A DNA stretch of 64,000 nt from Camelus dromedarius (GCF_036321535.1 NC_087436.1:116190001-116254000); one strand, 5' to 3'; counted from the first letter of the stretch, positions 12,800 through 25,243 are shown. Notes: generated by a model not told the origin, from the sequence alone. A program made the numbers and translations.

Positions 12800-13451
12800 C
12801 TTTTTTTTTTTTTTTCTTTTTTTTTATTGAGTTATAGTCAGTTTACAATTTTGTGTCAATTTCCAGTGTAGAGCACAATTTTTCAGTTATACATGAACAT
12901 ACATATATTCATTATCATATTCCTTTTCACTCTGAGCTCCCACAAGATATTGTATATATGTCCCTGTGCTATATAGTATAATCTTGTTTATCTGTTCTAC
13001 ATATGCCTGTCAGTATCTACAAATTTCGAACTCCCAGTCTATCCCTTCCTACCCACCTCTCCCCTGGCAACCACAAGTTTGTATTCTATGTCTATGAGTC
13101 TGTTTCTGTTTTGTATTTATGTTAATTTCTTTCTTTCTTTCTTCCTTTCTCCCTTCCTTCCTTCCTTCCTTCCTTCCTTTCTTTCTTTCTTTCCTTCTTT
13201 CTTTCTTTCTCCTTTAGATTCCACATATGAGCGATCTCATATGGTATTTTTCTTTCCTTTTCTGGCTTACTTCACTTAGAATGACATCATCCAGGGACAT
13301 CCATGTCACTGCAAATGGCATTATGTTGACTTGCACCCCAATGTTCACATCAGTGCTATTTACAATAGCCAAGACATGGAAACAGCCTAAATGTCCATCG
13401 ACAAATGACTGGATAAAGAAGACGTGGTATATTTATACAATGGAATACTAT
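12800..13451 (-). mobile_element. Young L1 3' end with 5' inversion (minus 12800-13327, plus 13328-13451)
   Basis: Poly-T then reverse 3'UTR/ORF2 end, switching at 13328 to sense ORF2 (TCTPMFTSVLFTIAKTWKQPKCPSTNDWIKKTWYIYTMEYY); tttc(t)n on both flanks. Confidence 0.92.
13126..13212. repeat. (TTTC)n/(TTCC)n microsatellite inside L1
   Basis: Direct reading. Confidence 0.9.
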
Positions 13452-13465
13452 TTCTTTTTTTTTTT

Positions 13466-13780
13466 TTCCACTCTTTTACTACCCTTTCTATGCCTGTGTT
13501 CTGTGCATTGTTCTCCACCATCCCACAGTTGACTGTTGGAGTTTTTTAATATTACTTTTCCCCAGGTACTTTTATCTTTGTATATTTTCTTCTGCGTGAT
13601 CTCACCCACTACCAGTTTCAAAAGTCATGTGCTGATGACTCCAGACTCAGATCCAGAGCTCCAGACTGTCTACTCAACTCCTACATTGGATTTTTTCACA
13701 AGGATCTCAAACTAAACATGCCCAAACCTGAACTCAAAAGCTTCCCTTTTGAACTTGCTTTGGATCCATTATTCTACCAC
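13466..13780 (+). mobile_element. L2 fragment 3
   Basis: tgctgatgactcc...gagctccagact...tctcaaactaaacatgcccaaacctgaactc. Confidence 0.75.
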
Positions 13781-15031
13781 TTGGTATTTTATGCACATTT
13801 TCTCCAGAAACAGGCATAATGGAGCATAACTGACTGCATTAGCACTTCTATTTTATTGAAAGCCCCATTTATAGTAATTCTAGAAAGATAAAAGGGAATT
13901 CCTTGAACTCACAGTAATAATTTAGTGGAAAAGATCCTATCAAATGTCAAAGAGGTAGCTAATTTAAGGTTATTAATGTCATTTTGTTTCTCCAAAGCTG
14001 AGTTGTTGCCTGATAGCATAAGTAAATATGGGAGATCTGAAGCCTAGATGTTTATATATTTTCTGTAAGTGTTCATGAAAATTCTTACACGAATGAAGAT
14101 TGCTCTGTGGTGTTCAGGGATGCTGAGGGACATAAAACAAACAGCTAATAAAATGACAAAACTGGGAGTTGAAGCACTGTCCATCCATTTCCAAGGGAGA
14201 TGTGTCAGAAACAAAACAAAACAAAATAAAACAAAACTAAACAGTGAGAGAGTTTCAGAAGCAGAAAATTCACAGAAATGTCTAACTTGTACTTGAAAAT
14301 GTTCTCCAGCCCCTGCACCTCGGACAGGGTGTGGTCCTTAGTAGGAGCAGAGTGCTTCTGTCTAAATCAAATAAAGAGCCACTGCATCCTAGCAGTCCCT
14401 GAAATTCATCATGGAAGCACAATTACCCAGTGAGGCTGGAAGAGGAGGATCCTACTGGTAGCTTACAGACTAGTACATGGGATGGAGGTAAAGATGAATT
14501 AGCCCTCTGGGGTACAGCTCTTTCTGTGATGGAATTTTTAATTTATAAAAAACATAAAGGAAAACATTTTTGTGTAGGAAACCCTAACATTTTCCCAAAG
14601 TGTATACTTCTATTGTAGAAAAATAGATATGTGATTATTGGGGCACAAAATGGATTTCTATTAGGGAAGACAAGTATTAGTGTTTAAATGACAATATTTA
14701 AATCCTGGGATAATGGAGTTGGAAGGTAGCCTCAAAATAATACACTTCAACCACTTCATTTATGGAAACAGGTAAAAGAAGGGAGGCACGAGACAAGTCC
14801 GTGTAGAGATATTGATTGGGCCACCTCTGACCCCAAGACTTACCATGTGAACCTCTCCTCTTCTATCAGTTAGAGCAGGTTATATATTCTTCTTATATCT
14901 CCTCATATGTGTAGCAAAGAAATTCATTCCAAAAATAATCATGTGACATTTTTATTATTTCTCCATAATATAAAATAATTAATGATGAATATATATTCAC
15001 TAACTACAACTTAGAAAATACAAGAATGTAA

Positions 15032-15117
15032 GATGATGTTGAGGATGGTGATGATGCTTTGACAATGAAAATGATGATAATCATCATCATCATCATAATC
15101 ATCGTCATCATCATCAT
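15032..15117. repeat. (ATG)n followed by (CAT)n degenerate trinucleotide repeat
   Basis: gatgatg...atgatgat a atcatcatcatcatcat... Confidence 0.85.
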
Positions 15118-15199
15118 TCCTATCAGTCAAAAAGAGTCCTTATTATTATTTGGGTGTATGTTTTCTTTTGTTTCTTCTAAAGACATATAGATCAAAGAC

Positions 15200-15420
15200 A
15201 TAGATTAAGAATGTGGGCTTTCTTTTGAGGGAGATAAGTTTCAAATCTATCTTCCGGCTAGCAGCTGTCTGACTTTGGATGTGAGTTCTGATGTCTTTCT
15301 GATGGTTTCCTCATATGTGAGCTCAAGGTGCTACCAGCACCTGCCTGGTAGGGTTGTGAGAATTTAATTGTGAAGCCTTAGTCCATTTCAGGATAAAGCA
15401 TACAGAGCTCTTAGCTATCG
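15200..15420 (+). mobile_element. MIR SINE
   Basis: gattaagaatgtgggctt...gctgtctgactttgg...ggtttcctcatatgtga...gggttgtgagaattta. Confidence 0.6.
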
Positions 15421-15429
15421 TTACTTTAA

Positions 15430-16830
15430 TATATGCTTTACAATCTAAGCTTGAAAACTATGTTGTGCATTACTATCTATATCTTAATATATACACGTCT
15501 AACAAATACGGGCAATTGCCTTTTCTACTTTATTTAAGTTGTCATTCAGGATAAGACATTTTCATGATACAACATTCACATTCAAAGATCCTTTTTAGGG
15601 CTAAAAATAAGAGGATATGTGTAATCAATCCTCTTTGTTGACATTTAAGGTCTTTTAAGATTTTTGCAATTACAAATAATAGCATGATGAATATGTTTAC
15701 ATATAGTCTCTTTTTAAGGATACATTTGAGAAATGGAACTATCACATGAAATATGAGGGATATTTATAAAACTTACAATGCATCTTGCTGGATTGCACTC
15801 CCAAGGGGTTACACCAATTTACACAAAAATTAGCAATGCATGAGATTTTTAAAAATCTTTTAGTACACTTGAAAGCATTTCATTCTGACATTTACAAAAT
15901 CTCTTTGCAAATTTGATATTTAAGCAATGAGATTTCATTGCAATGATTTCAATTTTGCATGGCTCGAATGACTGGTGAGTTTGAACATCTTCCCATTGCT
16001 TTTTAAACAAATGCATTTCCACTAATGGAGAGATATTTTCTCATTTATCTGTAGACATTCCAAGTATCTTTCCTATTGATTTGTTTGGGCTAGCTGTTCA
16101 CTATTGATAACAACTCTATTCTATGTTTCCTAAAAATATGATTTATCAGTAATAAATCTACAATGTCTTTTTATATACCTTAGGTTTATTTATTCATTAC
16201 TTTGTTTTTACTTATGTGCACTCTGATCTGACATTCTGATAAATTTATCTAAGAAGTACAAAATTGTTATGGTCTAGGAATTATGTGTCTGGTATATATA
16301 TTTTGTCCCTTTCATTTGTTTCTTTAGGTCTGGGTCAGAATCACACCCTTTCGATTTTTGCAGCTTTGTAGAATTTTAATTTCTGATTAGCTCAGTTCTC
16401 CCACGATGGACTTCTGTTTCCAAAATAAAATTCTCTGCTATTTTAATAAACTTATTTTTACAAGATAAATTTGGATTAATCTTTCTTGGTTAAGTAGACA
16501 GTCTGTCATGATTTTGATAAAAATCACATGCTTCTTTAAAGTTACATGAAAATAAATCATGGTTTGGAATCTTTAGTCTTCTCATCAGAAGTATGAACTA
16601 TATGCTGATGACTCAAGTATTGTTTCCTGTTTTTCAGTAATATTTTGTTGTTTTCCACAAATATCCCCTCATATTTCCCATTGAAATTACTTTTAATATT
16701 TTATTACTTTGGCTACAGTTAATGATATATTTTCTGATTAAGTATTTTTAAATCTAGTTTTTTGCTAAATATATGTTTACCATTCATTCAGTTTACTGAA
16801 CTCTCATTGATTCCAACAGTCCTTTGGGTA
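15430..16830 (-). mobile_element. Ancient L1 (L1ME-like) fragments
   Basis: T-rich with diverged reverse L1 motifs (ttttgcaattacaaataatagc, gttacaccaatttacac..cagcaatgcatgag, gagtttgaacatctt). Confidence 0.6.
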
Positions 16831-16853
16831 ATTTCTTAAGGTAAAAAGTTGTC

Positions 16854-17423
16854 TGTATTAGTTATCTCTTGCCGGATAGTAAACTGCCCTCAAACTGAGT
16901 GGCTTTAGACAACATTTATTATCTCACGTTTTCTCTGGGTCAAGCTTATTTGGCTCTTTTGGGCCAGAATCCCTTACAGGCTGGAATCCATTTGTTGAGC
17001 AAGACAATTTGAGTCATCTTAAGGCTTGACAAGGGAATTAAACTTTTCCAGACTCACTCACTTGGCTTTTATTAGGGTCAATTATTTGTGGATTGTTGTG
17101 GTGAAGGCCTTGGTTACTCCCTGGCTGTTAGCTAGTGGCTACCCTCAGTTTGTGGCAACCCGGACCGCTCCGTGGGCAGCTTGCTTCATAGAAGTGAGAG
17201 GAGCCAGAGTGAGCCAGACACAGTAAGAAAACCAGCAAGATGAACGTCACGATCTCCATACCCTCATCTGGGAAGCAGCATCCCATATTCTTGCCGTTTT
17301 GCATTGGTTAGAAGTGAGTCACTGGTTTGGGTCCAGACCAAACTCACGGGGAGGAGGTTACGCATGTAGTGAAAACCCGGGGGTGGAGACCACTGACAGT
17401 CAATTCAGAAGCTGCCTACTTCA
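16854..17423 (-). mobile_element. MLT1F-type MaLR solo LTR
   Basis: tgtattagttatct..tgc...cctcaaactgagtggcttt...catttattatctcac; ends agaagctgcctacttca. Confidence 0.8.
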
Positions 17424-18339
17424 GTAACTGTAGAATGATTTAACACACAAATAAGTTCAACTATAATTTTAATTCCAATGACATCTACTGCCAGTTATTC
17501 AAAACAGCAATTCACTCTCTCAGCAAAGACCACACAGACTGGGCCTCTCCATACAGGGCGTCTACAGCTGGCTGTCTGGACTTCTGGCTGGCTTGCAGAG
17601 CTTCTGGGCTGGGCTGACTGCAGCGAACCTCAGACCAAGCCAAACCCAGAGGACGGCTAGCCATAAAGTGACCATGCTGGGGCCAGGGTAGCACTCTGTG
17701 TTCACAGCTCTGTTCTTTCACACAATCCCAGACAGGGAAAATGGAGTTCAGGGTGTACAGCTGAAGAATTATGTATGAAATCGCAGTGTGCATTAATTGG
17801 GGAATGGTGGTTTTCTCCCCAAACTCCAAACCAGAGCTCGATTATATTTTATCAGTGAAGAATTAAGTTGCTGTCTCTTTCATTTCTTTTGACTCAGAGA
17901 ATCGAATGTTTAAGAGGTCTCTGCAGCTTTCAGAAGTTTGCAATCCGGGACTCCAGAAACACTACACAAAATGATACTAATCGGGTAAGGGAGTTCTTCA
18001 AAACTGAGTGCTCTGTCCCGTCTTCAAGGAAAAAGGAATGGGGGCAATGATTCTCTCTCACAATAGACTCTCTCTCCTGCGTCCAACTAAAGGGGGAAAA
18101 TGAAAGAAGTGTTAAGTGAGAACTGACACGTGCTCGCACTGGACTGTTAAGAGTAAGGTGATAATGAGCTTCAGAGTTTTAAAAATGTCTCTCCTCGTTA
18201 TCATGTTCATACTGTCGTGTTACATATTTCCTGAAGCAAACACAGACATCCTAGCCCCAGATTCTTCCTTTTTCTCTTGAATATTAGGAAGTTGAGTTTA
18301 GGAATAAAGGCAGCTGAATAAGAAAAGACCTGGCAATGG

Positions 18340-18465
18340 AAGGGAGACACTGTAGGATTTACAGTCCAGACCTGGATTTGAATTCAGCCATTCCACTCCG
18401 AGTTCACTCTGTGCAACCTCGCGTAACTTGGCCTTTCTGAGACTGTCCCCATGTCCAGCAATGAT
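18340..18465 (+). mobile_element. MIR fragment
   Basis: cagacctggatttgaattcagcc...ctgtgcaacctc. Confidence 0.5.
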
Positions 18466-18489
18466 AACCCAGCAAGATCAGAGTTTGTT

Positions 18490-18700
18490 CCACACATGTT
18501 TATTAAGAAGCTATTACGTGCCAGGCTTTATTCAAGAGCTATAGCACGAAACAACCAAGGTCCCAGTAAAGAGACGTAAGTAACCACATGCATATACGAA
18601 TTCAGTAGCAAGATGCGATAAATTCCATTAATGTGATAACCCGGGTAGTCAGAAAAAGCTTTGATGAGGAACATAATAAATGTAAGACAATGAGCGGGTC
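18490..18700 (-). mobile_element. L2 3' fragment
   Basis: catgtttattaagaagctattacgtgccaggc. Confidence 0.55.
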
Positions 18701-19259
18701 CTTAGAACATGGGAGGGGCTCAAAAATGCAAATTCCAGTTTGTTCCCAGCCGCACTGTTCTTTTCATTAAGCAAAGGCGCAGCAAATGAAAAGCTTTAGC
18801 CATTCCGTCATGATGTTTACTTTGCATAAAACACTGAACATTTTAGTAGTAGCCTTAAAGTTATCCTAGCCTAACTTTTAAAGCTTCAAGATCGGGAAAC
18901 AGGTCTGGAATAGATACATGACTGAGCTGAGGTCACACAATTTGATTGTATCCAGAAGACCCCACCTGCAGGGTTCATGGGGGTGTTTTGTGCTGATGAA
19001 TCAGCCTCTGTCCCAGGAAGCTGCAGCTATCAAAGTCCCGTCAGCTGCGAGATCAGCTTCTCCCAGCTCTGGAACCAAGGAATCCCTGGCCTGGATGTCT
19101 CCTGACTCCTGGCTGAGCTTTCCCTTATCCTTAGAGTTTTGATAACAACCCCGGGTGAGCGAGGACCAGCCAGCAAGCCGAGGGCTGTAGAGAAGTAAGT
19201 TGGGGGCAGCGGGGCAGGGCTTGGGAAGCCCTCTGCCCACGCCCTGTCCCCTCACATCC

Positions 19260-19820
19260 CCTCCCTCAGCTCGAGCCAGCAGAACATCATTCTGAAGCTC
19301 AGAGCTGACCTGTCACTCCTCTGCCAGGGGGTTTCTCTTCCCTCTCAGGATAAAGCCAAATTCTCTCTGTAAAGAGGTGACTTCACCACCTGGCTTCTGA
19401 CTGCACCACTCCTCTGGACAAACTGAGCTCGCTGCAATTTCAAAAGTGCACTGTGCTCCCTCGTGCATTTTCACACGTTCTCCGGCTGCAACCTTCCTTT
19501 ATCCCTTCTATGCACCTGCAAAATACCTATCCATCCTTTGAGGTCTATCTTTGACATCACTACTCAGGCCAGCCCGCAGATCTACATCTCAGGCTGGGCA
19601 CCTCCCTGCACTCTATGTGCTTCCCTTTTACTCCATGCTTAGCCCTGTCACTGTGCCTATAAGCCTGCACCCCAGCCCTGGTTTTTGTCCCTTTCCTTGT
19701 CTGTCTCTCTCGCTAGACCCTAGTAAGGTCCCCTGAGTTCACTATGGGACCCCAAGGGCACTGCACTTTGCTTGGCATGGAGTGAAGTACTAAATAAATA
19801 ATTCTCGAATGAATGAAAGG
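19260..19820 (+). mobile_element. L2 3' region
   Basis: gccagcagaacatcattctgaag...ctgacctgtcactcctctg...caggataaagccaaa; tail aataaat...gaatgaatgaa. Confidence 0.7.
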
Positions 19821-20130
19821 ATGACTGTTGGGAAGGAAACCATCATTAGGTCGGTCAATAATTTAAGAATCTGAAGAATCAGAGCACAGCACGATTATGG
19901 GACAGTTCTTGGGGTCTGTGTTAGTTTTCTCTGGGACTAGAACTTGATCCATGGACCTCTTGCAAAAGCTGTGTTCAATTTCTTTGATCTAAAATGTAGG
20001 CACATGTGTATTGATTTCTTAGGGCTGGCGTAACTGGGTTTATTTCTGTTTAAGGAAACACCTGGCCGTCTCTTTCTTTTCTCTAACTGTCCTCTCCAAC
20101 CTTCCTTCTGGCTCTTTGGCGGATCCCCTC

Positions 20131-20529
20131 TGAGCTTGTTCACTAGGGCTGCCGTAACGAAGTGTCATAAACTCAGAGGCTTAACCACAAGAGATGTATT
20201 TCTCACAGATCTACAGGCTAGACGTCCAAGATCAAGGTGTTGGCAGGTTTGGTTCCTCTGAGAGCTCTCAGGGGAGGATCTGTTGCAGGTCTCGCTCCTT
20301 GGCCTGGAGGCTGTCTTCTCCTTCTGTCTTCACATCATCGTCCCTCTATATCCGTTTGTGTCCAAATTTCTCCTTTGTATAAAGGATGCCATTCATATTG
20401 GATTAGGGGCCGACTGCATTCTGTTGTATCTATAGTGACCCTGTTTTCCAGATAACATCATAATCTGTGGTGCTAGAGGTTAAGACTTGAACATATGAAT
20501 TTTGGGGGGATACAATTTAAACCATAACA
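20131..20529 (-). mobile_element. MLT1A-C-type solo LTR
   Basis: ctagggctgccgtaac...tccaagatcaaggtgttggcagg...tatgaattttggggggatacaattt...cataaca. Confidence 0.85.
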
Positions 20530-20534
20530 AGGTC

Positions 20535-20716
20535 TGTAGTGGATGGAATAAACATCCCCCTGAAATTCATGTCTACCCAGAATCTCAGACGCTGGACTTA
20601 TGTGGAAATAGTGTCTTTGCAGATAGAATTACTTAAAACGAGGAAAGAGTAAATTTCTGCCATTTAGGCCCCCAGTTTGTGACACTTCGTTATACCAGAC
20701 CTAAGAAACGAAAACA
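20535..20716 (+). mobile_element. MLT1C-type LTR with internal deletion
   Basis: tgtagtggatggaat...aattcatgtctaccc..aatctcaga...gtctttgcagat, then directly taaatttctg...cagtttgtg..acttcgtta...aaaaca. Confidence 0.75.
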
Positions 20717-20859
20717 GGATCTAATACCTACATTTAAGATCGGAGGAGTCCAACGCCATTTTTGCCTGAGGTCCAAGGAGCAAGGCTTTATCCTAGAGAA
20801 AGGAAACACTGGAACTTAAAGATCAGGGCTTAAAGATTAAGTATTAGACCCAAGAGGAG

Positions 20860-21085
20860 AGCAGAGTGACTAATGGTTAAAAGTGTGGCTTTGGAGTTCA
20901 AGTGCCCTAGTTCGTATTCTAACTCTACCACTTACAGAGTGGATGAAGCTGAGAAAATGATTGACCCCCTTGTGCTCAATTCCATGCCGACTGAGGATAA
21001 CAGCCCCTCAGCCCCATGACCAAAGTGAGGAATAAAAGAGAGACGCGTGTAGAGTGCTTAGCAAGCACCGGCTCAAAGCGAGCAA
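20860..21085 (+). mobile_element. MIR SINE
   Basis: tggttaaaagtgtggctttggagt...ctctaccacttac...gtgcttagca. Confidence 0.7.
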
Positions 21086-21884
21086 GCAGTAGACAGGGGA
21101 CTGGGAACTCGCCCAAGCTGGACCAGCCATGAATGGAGATGGTCGACAGGGCTCTGTACTGTGACGCCCACATGGACCTACTGGGCTCCGTCAGTCCTGC
21201 ACCGCTGGCAGAAGGACCCAGGGCTCTCCCCAGGCCCTTCCGAGGTAGGAAAGGAACTCTTGACAGCAGCAAGTGGATCAGGCCCTTCTCGCTTTGTTGG
21301 AGGGAGGCAGGTAGAGCTGGGTGTGGATCAAACCGCCAGGAGGCTGCCACGCATGCTGCTTCTGGGGAAGGCAGGAGAGGGTCCAGCTCTCTCCTTTCTG
21401 GGCTCCCCATCTCTAGCCAACCGACAGAAGAGTAAATAATCCCAATCCTTGCAAAACCAAAACCAATCTTTTTGCCAATAATAGATTTTTTTTTTTTTTG
21501 GTTGCATTCTAAACTCCCAGGACACTCTGTTTCTACGCACAGCATTTGACAAAGGCAAACAGAAACAATAAACAAGACAGCCTCCATAGCAACAGCCAGC
21601 CAGGGTTAAACTCCGTTATGGGAGGCACTTTGCCTTAGGTGTTTAGGCGGGATGGGCTCTAACTCCCACATGTCTATGTAAATTGAGGTCCCCTTGCTAC
21701 TGAGCCCTGGGAGAGTTCAGTGGTTCTCAGGAAGCCTCTTTTAATAAGGAAGGTGTTAATTTATTTGTTTGTCTTATCCCCTCAACCCCACTTTTTTTTT
21801 GGTCTTGTTTCCCTTTTCTTTAACTTTTCTTTAGTACTATTACCCCCAGTAAGAAGATTTCAGAGACTATAAGAAATGACTTGG

Positions 21885-22155
21885 TGGTTATCAAAGGGGA
21901 AAAGGCAGGGGACGGATAAATTAGGAGTTTGGGATTAACAGATACAAATTACTACATATAAAACAAACAACAAGGACTTACTATATAGCACAGAGAACAA
22001 TATTCAATTTCTTGTAATAACATACAATGGAAAAGAATCTGAAAAATACATATTCATGTATGTGTATGTATAACTGAAGTGCTTTGCTGTACAGTTGCTG
22101 AAACTAACATTGTAAGCCAACTACACTTCAATAAAAAAATAAATAAAATAAAAAA
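21885..22155 (+). mobile_element. Short L1 3'UTR insertion with 14-bp TSD
   Basis: 3'UTR ggagtttgggattaacagatac...caactacacttcaataaaaaa; TSD aagaaatgacttgg (21871-84) / aagaaacgacttgg (22156-69), differing by one CpG transition. Confidence 0.93.
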
Positions 22156-22679
22156 AAGAAACGACTTGGGAGGGTAAGAGGTTTGGCACCAACTTTTACT
22201 TCTGAGGCATTTAACTAACCACAATCCCCAACCCAGTTGTGCGATAAACAACTTCAGATTCCTTCCACACTCAGCAGCCTTTGTCACCACCGCAGATGAG
22301 TTCTTCATGGCGAAATGGTGAGAGGTGCCATGAGGCTGCTCGCTCGGCCCTGGAAAAAATGATCAGAAGTGAGAAACTTATTCCTGGGAAGTCACGTGGC
22401 TCTCAAGGGCCCTGAAGTCAGAGTCAAAACAGCTTCACCGGGGTATGCGTCCCTCCGGTCGGCCTGCCATTCTAAACCAGGGGCAGGGACAGAAAGTGAG
22501 AGAAATTAGCATTCCGGGTCTGCAGTCTATGCAGAACGGAGTCTCTGCCTTTGCAAGAGAACAATGAAGCCAGGCACCGGATGCACCTGAGAGACGCTGG
22601 TTTTATTCCAGGGCCGTAGGCGGTGGTACCTTGTCCATCATAGTCACAATAATAATCTTGGTAATAAGACTAAACTTGA

Positions 22680-22850
22680 CCCACTTACTTATTGAAAACC
22701 TACTGTGTGCCAGAGGCTGCAGCTTCGTTTGTGTGTGTTTTTGCAGTCTTTGCAGAGTTGATACTATGATCATTTTGTAGTTAGAGAAATTGACCTTGCT
22801 CAAGTCACACAGGTATGTTGACCAGAGGTCAATGCTGATTTAAAGATTTA
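22680..22850 (-). mobile_element. MIR SINE
   Basis: cttattgaaaacctactgtgtgccag...cttgctcaagtcacacag. Confidence 0.6.
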
Positions 22851-22889
22851 TGATCTCCAAGTCGTTGTTTCAGGGGAAGACAGTGGAGG

Positions 22890-23040
22890 AGAGTGATACG
22901 TGCTCAGATCTGGGGCCAGACAGCTGATGGCCTTTGAATAACCAGTCCTCTAATGTCTTGCACTGTGACATTGGGCAAGGTATTAAATTATGTTTCTCAG
23001 TGTCCTCATCCGTGAAATGGGGATTCTTTTGTTCACGCTT
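22890..23040 (+). mobile_element. MIR SINE
   Basis: ctgtgacattgggcaagg...tctcagtgtcctcatccgtgaaatgggg. Confidence 0.65.
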
Positions 23041-23059
23041 CCTAAGAACATGCAGTGAG

Positions 23060-23770
23060 TGCTGACTACCTACAAGGTGCCGAAAATATAGGAGATTATA
23101 AGAGGCAACAATTCCTGAACTCTACCTTCTGGGATTTGGAGAAATGGGGGGAAATAAACAAATTCATAAGTAAACTATACTGCATATTGCATAGATATTA
23201 GAGTTTCAGGGAAATTATGCAGGGACGAGAGATCAGAAGTGCAGGAGTTAGGAAGAAAAGGGTGGTGTCATTTGTAGGCAAAGTCTAGGGAGGTCTCACT
23301 GAGAAGGAGGCATTTGAGCAAGGTATGGAAGTAAGTCATGTCAGTATTTGTGGGAACCACATTTCATGCAGAGGGAACAGCAGATTCACAGGAGCATGTC
23401 TGGCAGGTTTGAGGAGAGCAGGGGAGGCCAGTGTGGCTGATGCTGAGTAAGCAAGGGGAAGAGGGGGTGAGGATGGATTCAGAGAAGGACGTGAGATTGC
23501 TCAGGGCCTGCACAGCCCCGTGATAACTGCTTTTCGCTCCAAGATGAGGAAACACTGGAGGGTTCGAAAGGATGATTGACAGGATATGACATTTTTTTCA
23601 AAGAATCATTCTGACTTTTAGGCAGAGGATGGTCTAGAGGGTAGTGAGCTCGGAAGCAGGAAGACGGCAGCAGGAAGGCTGCAGCTGTAACCTAGGCAAG
23701 AGCTGATGATGGCTTGGAGGAAGAGGTATGCAGTGGTTAAATTCCAGATACAAGACGACACTGGGTGAAT
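23060..23770 (-). mobile_element. L2 3' region
   Basis: ggaggtctcactgagaagg...catttgagca...gcagagggaacagc...gaggccagtgtggctg...agaatcattctgact. Confidence 0.8.
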
Positions 23771-23924
23771 GCGCTTCATAGGGTTGCTGCTGCAAAGAGT
23801 AATTGTGTTGATCTATGTAATGTAATGTGCAAAGTGTTAGTTGTGCTTTCCTTGTTGGTAGACGCACCATAATTGATGAGAACACACTATGAAGTCATTC
23901 TATTATAAAGCCAATGGTTTGTCC

Positions 23925-23987
23925 CTCTTTCCTTCCTTTCTCCTTCCTTCCCTCCCTCCCTCCCTCCCTTCCTTGCTTTTCTCCTTC
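23925..23987. repeat. (CCTT/CCCT)n simple repeat
   Basis: Direct reading. Confidence 0.8.
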
Positions 23988-24019
23988 ACGTGTTTATGTA
24001 TCCACTCAAGGACCAGTAC

Positions 24020-24265
24020 TTGTAGTAGTTAACTACTTGGGTCTGGAGTCATACAGATTTGGCTCTAAAGCCTTGGTTATGCCATTTAATGGTTCTGTTA
24101 CCTTGAGTAAAATTGAGATTCTCAGCTTCTCTGAGCCTTAGTCCCTGCGTCTCTGAAGTGGATATAACAATGATACCTGCAGTAGGAGGCTGATTTGAAG
24201 ACTGAGCTGATTTGTATAAAATCCTTAGACCAGTGTCTGATGCAGGAACTTCTCAATAAAAGCTG
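24020..24265 (+). mobile_element. MIR SINE
   Basis: tctggagtcatacaga...cttctctgagccttagt...ctcaataaa. Confidence 0.7.
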
Positions 24266-24389
24266 ATTTTTTATTATTTATTGTATCATCAAGTTTGTAT
24301 CTATAGCTAATAAGCACTGTATTATCTGTAGAGGGTTAACAATTTACTTACGTAGTCCCAGATCTCGAACACCTCCTATCTAGAGGAAG

Positions 24390-24660
24390 AAGCCTGGGGA
24401 GGCGGCACAGAGTAACAGATAAGTTGTGCAGAACCGCACAGCAGAGGAAACCATGGTGTGCTGCCTGGGAATTGTCCAGGGGCAACGAATCCAGCCCATA
24501 AATCCAAGGAAGGCTTTCTGGAGGAAGTGAAGTTTAAGCTCAACCCTACTGGATCAGGAGATGTTAGCCAGGAAAGTTGAGTTAGGAGTCTGCCCAACAA
24601 TGTTTAGGCAAAGGAGGTAACCTAAACAAAAATCTTGAGGCAGGAGGTAGCCTGATCCAG
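24390..24660 (-). mobile_element. L2 fragment
   Basis: ggaaggctttctggaggaagtgaagtttaagct...gttagccagg. Confidence 0.65.
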
Positions 24661-25243
24661 CCAGAAATCAGAAACTGTCCTGAGAGATCAGTAGAGATCC
24701 CCTCTCTCAATCGGGTGCTTGTTAAACTGGTGAAATAAATTAAACATTTGGGGATTGTCACACTGACTCTCTTTTTTCATAATCATTCTATTTGATAGAA
24801 TGGAGTTTCAGAAGAAATTCACGGTTATTGCACTTGGCTTAGCCAGTGTCCAAATAGTAATGCCATTTGGGGGAGAGAAAAACAGATTTACCCTCCCGTT
24901 TTCCAAAAGAGCTTCTCTTTCTTCCTGCATCCCACAGTCCTCCTCCATTTTTGCTAATAGCATCAGTATCTCTCAGCAGTGAAACATCTCTCTGGGCTTT
25001 CTAGCCCTCCTCCAAGGACAGACACACATGCAATTATACACACCTTCACTTCACTAAACACAGACTTGAGTCAACTCCACCTGCATGATGTCTCCTAGCT
25101 TTTCCCCACTTCCTCATCCCACTGCCACGATCCATGCTCACATCACTAGATTGTTTCAACAGCCTCACAGCTCATCTTCCAGCACCTTCTCCTAAGACTG
25201 GTTGGTGGTTAGAAGACCATGGCTATCAGATTAATCTTTAAAG

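Noticed and set aside
20976..21587. Longest ORF (203 aa, minus) and overlapping 100-aa plus ORF at 21133-21435
   Set aside because: No recognisable domain; runs through a MIR and a poly-T tract; overlapping ORFs on both strands are typical of locally GC-rich non-coding DNA.
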